Below are positions 62,025 to 64,000 of a stretch of DNA of 64,000 nt, piece by piece. The notes below the pieces were generated by a model. The model was not told where the DNA came from. It made no database searches and saw only the letters and a program-made list of their open reading frames with translations. This DNA comes from Vulcanimicrobiota bacterium (GTDB taxonomy: Bacteria > Vulcanimicrobiota > Xenobia > Xenobiales > JADMJV01). Both the position numbers and the translations under genes were made by a program. Location: assembly GCA_050250895.1 (NCBI GenBank), contig JBFWNU010000006.1, positions 279,513 to 343,512 of the forward strand. The letters are read 5' to 3'. Each line of letters starts with the position of its first letter. Position 1 is the stretch's first letter.

Positions 62025-64000
62025 CTGCCCCCGTCTTCGGCGTGCTTGTCGGCCTTCTTGCGGATGAGGGCGGCCAGATCTTCCTTGCCCAGGCGCTCGT
62101 AGGTGCTGGCCAGCTCTTCATAGCCCTGGATCGTCGGTTTGACCTTAACGTATTTCTGATACTGGATCACGGCCATCGTGTCGGCTCCGGTCCGGCTATA
62201 CCCGCGGGCCAGGTTGAGGAGATGATCGGGTTCGTCTGCATGCTTGTTGACCAGGTCGCGCAGCGCTTTGACTACGGCCTTGTCGTCACCGAGCGCGCCG
62301 AACAGTGCTTCAAAAGCCACGGTGTCGGTGGGGTCGCTTCCCAGACGCTGCTCGCAGGTGGCCGCGTCCAGGTCGGCTGCCGGGGCAGCCTCCTCGGCAG
62401 GAGGAGCTTCCGCCGCCGGTGCGGCTTCGGGCGCTGTCGCCTCGGCCTGAACCGGCTCGGGTTCTGGTGCGGCGGCCTCAACCGGGGCTGGCTCTGGCTC
62501 TGGCTCAGGTTCCGCCGCTGGTTCGGGTGTCTCAACCGGGGCAGGCTCGGGCTCGGGTGCCTCGGGCCTCGACGCTTCCGGCTCTGCGCCTTCGGGGGGG
62601 ACTGCTTCTACTGCCGAGGCCTCGGCCACAGGCACTTCTTCGGCGGCGGATTCTGGCTCTGATTCGGGTTCGGCCGCTTCCGAGGGCACCGGCTCGGCCG
62701 GCTCGGGAGCTTCCGTGGGTTGGGGCGCCTCGGTCGTGGTCGGGGCGACGGTTTCGGGCGGTGCGGGCTCGGCCGCGCGACTCGCCTCTGCGACCCCGGC
62801 TGCTACCCCGGCCTCGACGGTGGCCCGGATCTCGTCCTGACTGAACTCTACGGCCTGCTCGGCGGTTTGCCGGGCCTGACGGGCTTGCTCGCGGGCTTCG
62901 AGGAAGGCGGCCGTGGCCGTCTCGATGGTCTGGCGCAGGTGCTCGCGGTCGGCCACCCGGTCTCGCAAGGCCTGAGCCACCGCGGTCTGGCCTTCGGCTT
63001 CGGCGGCCACCGCCCAGGCGGTGTAGTGGCCGGCCACCAGGTAATGGGTCTCTTGATCACCCGGGACCAGCTCAAGAAAGCCTTCGAGCAGCGTGATGGC
63101 TTCGGCGAAGCGGCCCTGCTCGACCAGTTGCTCGGACCAGGTCTTGTAGAGTTCGCCCAGTTGTTTGAGAACGATTTCGTGGTCAGCCTGGACCAGCAAG
63201 GCAGCGTGCAAGATCGAGGCTGCTTGCTCGACCCAGCCGTCGCCGGCCAGGCGAGCGGCAAACTCGGAATAGAGGTTGACCAGACTGTCGGTGTCGTCAG
63301 GAGCGGGATAAGTGATGCCCGAGCGGGCCGCGGTGGTCATCAAGTGATGGCCCACCGCCCGCATCCAACCGGCTTGCTGGGTCGGTTGATAGCCGTGGAG
63401 TTGCAGCTTGAACAATTGCTCGGTCAGCAGTGGGCTGGGGGGCGGTGCCGGCTGCAAACTCACCGGAGTGGGCGGGGCCGTCATGACGATAGGCTGGGCC
63501 GGGGCCGGCGGGGCCACCGCCGGTGGGGCAGAGACGGCCGGTGGGGGAGGGGCTATGGCGATGGGCTCGGGGGCGGGCATGGCCATGGCTGGCTCGGGCG
63601 GAGCCTCGACCGCCTCGGGTTCGTCGGGAGGACCCACCTCGGCTTTGAGTTGCTCGATGCGCGGTTTGATCTCTTGCAGGTTGGGTTGGATGACCGCCAG
63701 GCGTTCCAGGGCCGCCAGAGCGGCCGCTGGTCCCTCACTGGAGTACAGCTGGGTGGACCAGGTCGCATAGAGACGAGCCTGCTCCCGGGAGATCTCGGGG
63801 TGGGTTGAAAACGACCGGTGCATGGCATCGAGCAGATCCACGCACAACTCGAGTTCTTGCCGAGGCTCGAGCAGAGCCTTGAAACAGCCGACCAGCTGCC
63901 CGGCCCTGGCCAGATCTCCCTTGTGGTGGGCCATGAGGTCGTCGAACACTCTTGGTAGACCCTGGCGGTCCTCGGCCAGAAAGTAGTCCACCACGGCGGT
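62021..64000 (-). CDS. TPR-like helical protein with Pro/Ala/Glu-rich linkers (5'-truncated)
   Basis: TPR-like helices separated by PA- and PE-rich low-complexity regions; frame runs to window edge. Confidence 0.8.
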   Translation of the reverse strand, partial: TAVVDYFLAEDRQGLPRVFDDLMAHHKGDLARAGQLVGCFKALLEPRQELELCVDLLDAMHRSFSTHPEISREQARLYATWSTQLYSSEGPAAALAALERLAVIQPNLQEIKPRIEQLKAEVGPPDEPEAVEAPPEPAMAMPAPEPIAIAPPPPAVSAPPAVAPPAPAQPIVMTAPPTPVSLQPAPPPSPLLTEQLFKLQLHGYQPTQQAGWMRAVGHHLMTTAARSGITYPAPDDTDSLVNLYSEFAARLAGDGWVEQAASILHAALLVQADHEIVLKQLGELYKTWSEQLVEQGRFAEAITLLEGFLELVPGDQETHYLVAGHYTAWAVAAEAEGQTAVAQALRDRVADREHLRQTIETATAAFLEAREQARQARQTAEQAVEFSQDEIRATVEAGVAAGVAEASRAAEPAPPETVAPTTTEAPQPTEAPEPAEPVPSEAAEPESEPESAAEEVPVAEASAVEAVPPEGAEPEASRPEAPEPEPAPVETPEPAAEPEPEPEPAPVEAAAPEPEPVQAEATAPEAAPAAEAPPAEEAAPAADLDAATCEQRLGSDPTDTVAFEALFGALGDDKAVVKALRDLVNKHADEPDHLLNLARGYSRTGADTMAVIQYQKYVKVKPTIQGYEELASTYERLGKEDLAALIRKKADKHAEDGGS

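Noticed and set aside
62380-62780. Repetitive DNA as a possible CRISPR or tandem array
   Set aside because: Encodes the PE/PA-rich linker of a protein; no constant repeat with unique spacers

Overview
GC-rich bacterial chromosomal window with about 65 protein-coding genes. I found no rRNA, tRNA, CRISPR array, transposase or integrase. Gene content and protein style suggest a Terrabacteria lineage such as Ca. Eremiobacterota/Vulcanimicrobiota, but that is inference only. Housekeeping and common genes include a MacAB-type ABC efflux set, rluA-like, rlhA-like U32, rpoC, tatA/tatC, rex, ruvB, hbd, comEA and acylphosphatase. Main observations: (1) an unannotated ~360-nt minus-strand structured RNA at 15188-15547 whose motifs follow, in order, the 5' half of OLE RNA as I recall it, but which appears to lack the OLE 3' half and the usual ispA/oapA context; (2) a ~10-kb peptide ligase/peptidase cluster (34454-44474) with five ATP-grasp domains and three peptidase classes; (3) a stand-alone rpoC with no rpoB, followed by a second ~230-nt structured intergenic element; (4) six unrelated proteins with similar signal-peptide-less, P/A/S-rich N-termini resembling type III/flagellar export substrates, including harpin-like and translocator-like proteins; (5) degenerate GyrB-like and FolD-like proteins; (6) two small ORFs below the ORF-track cutoff, one with NarL-type operator repeats beside a two-component system. 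All family assignments come from motifs read by eye; no searches were run.
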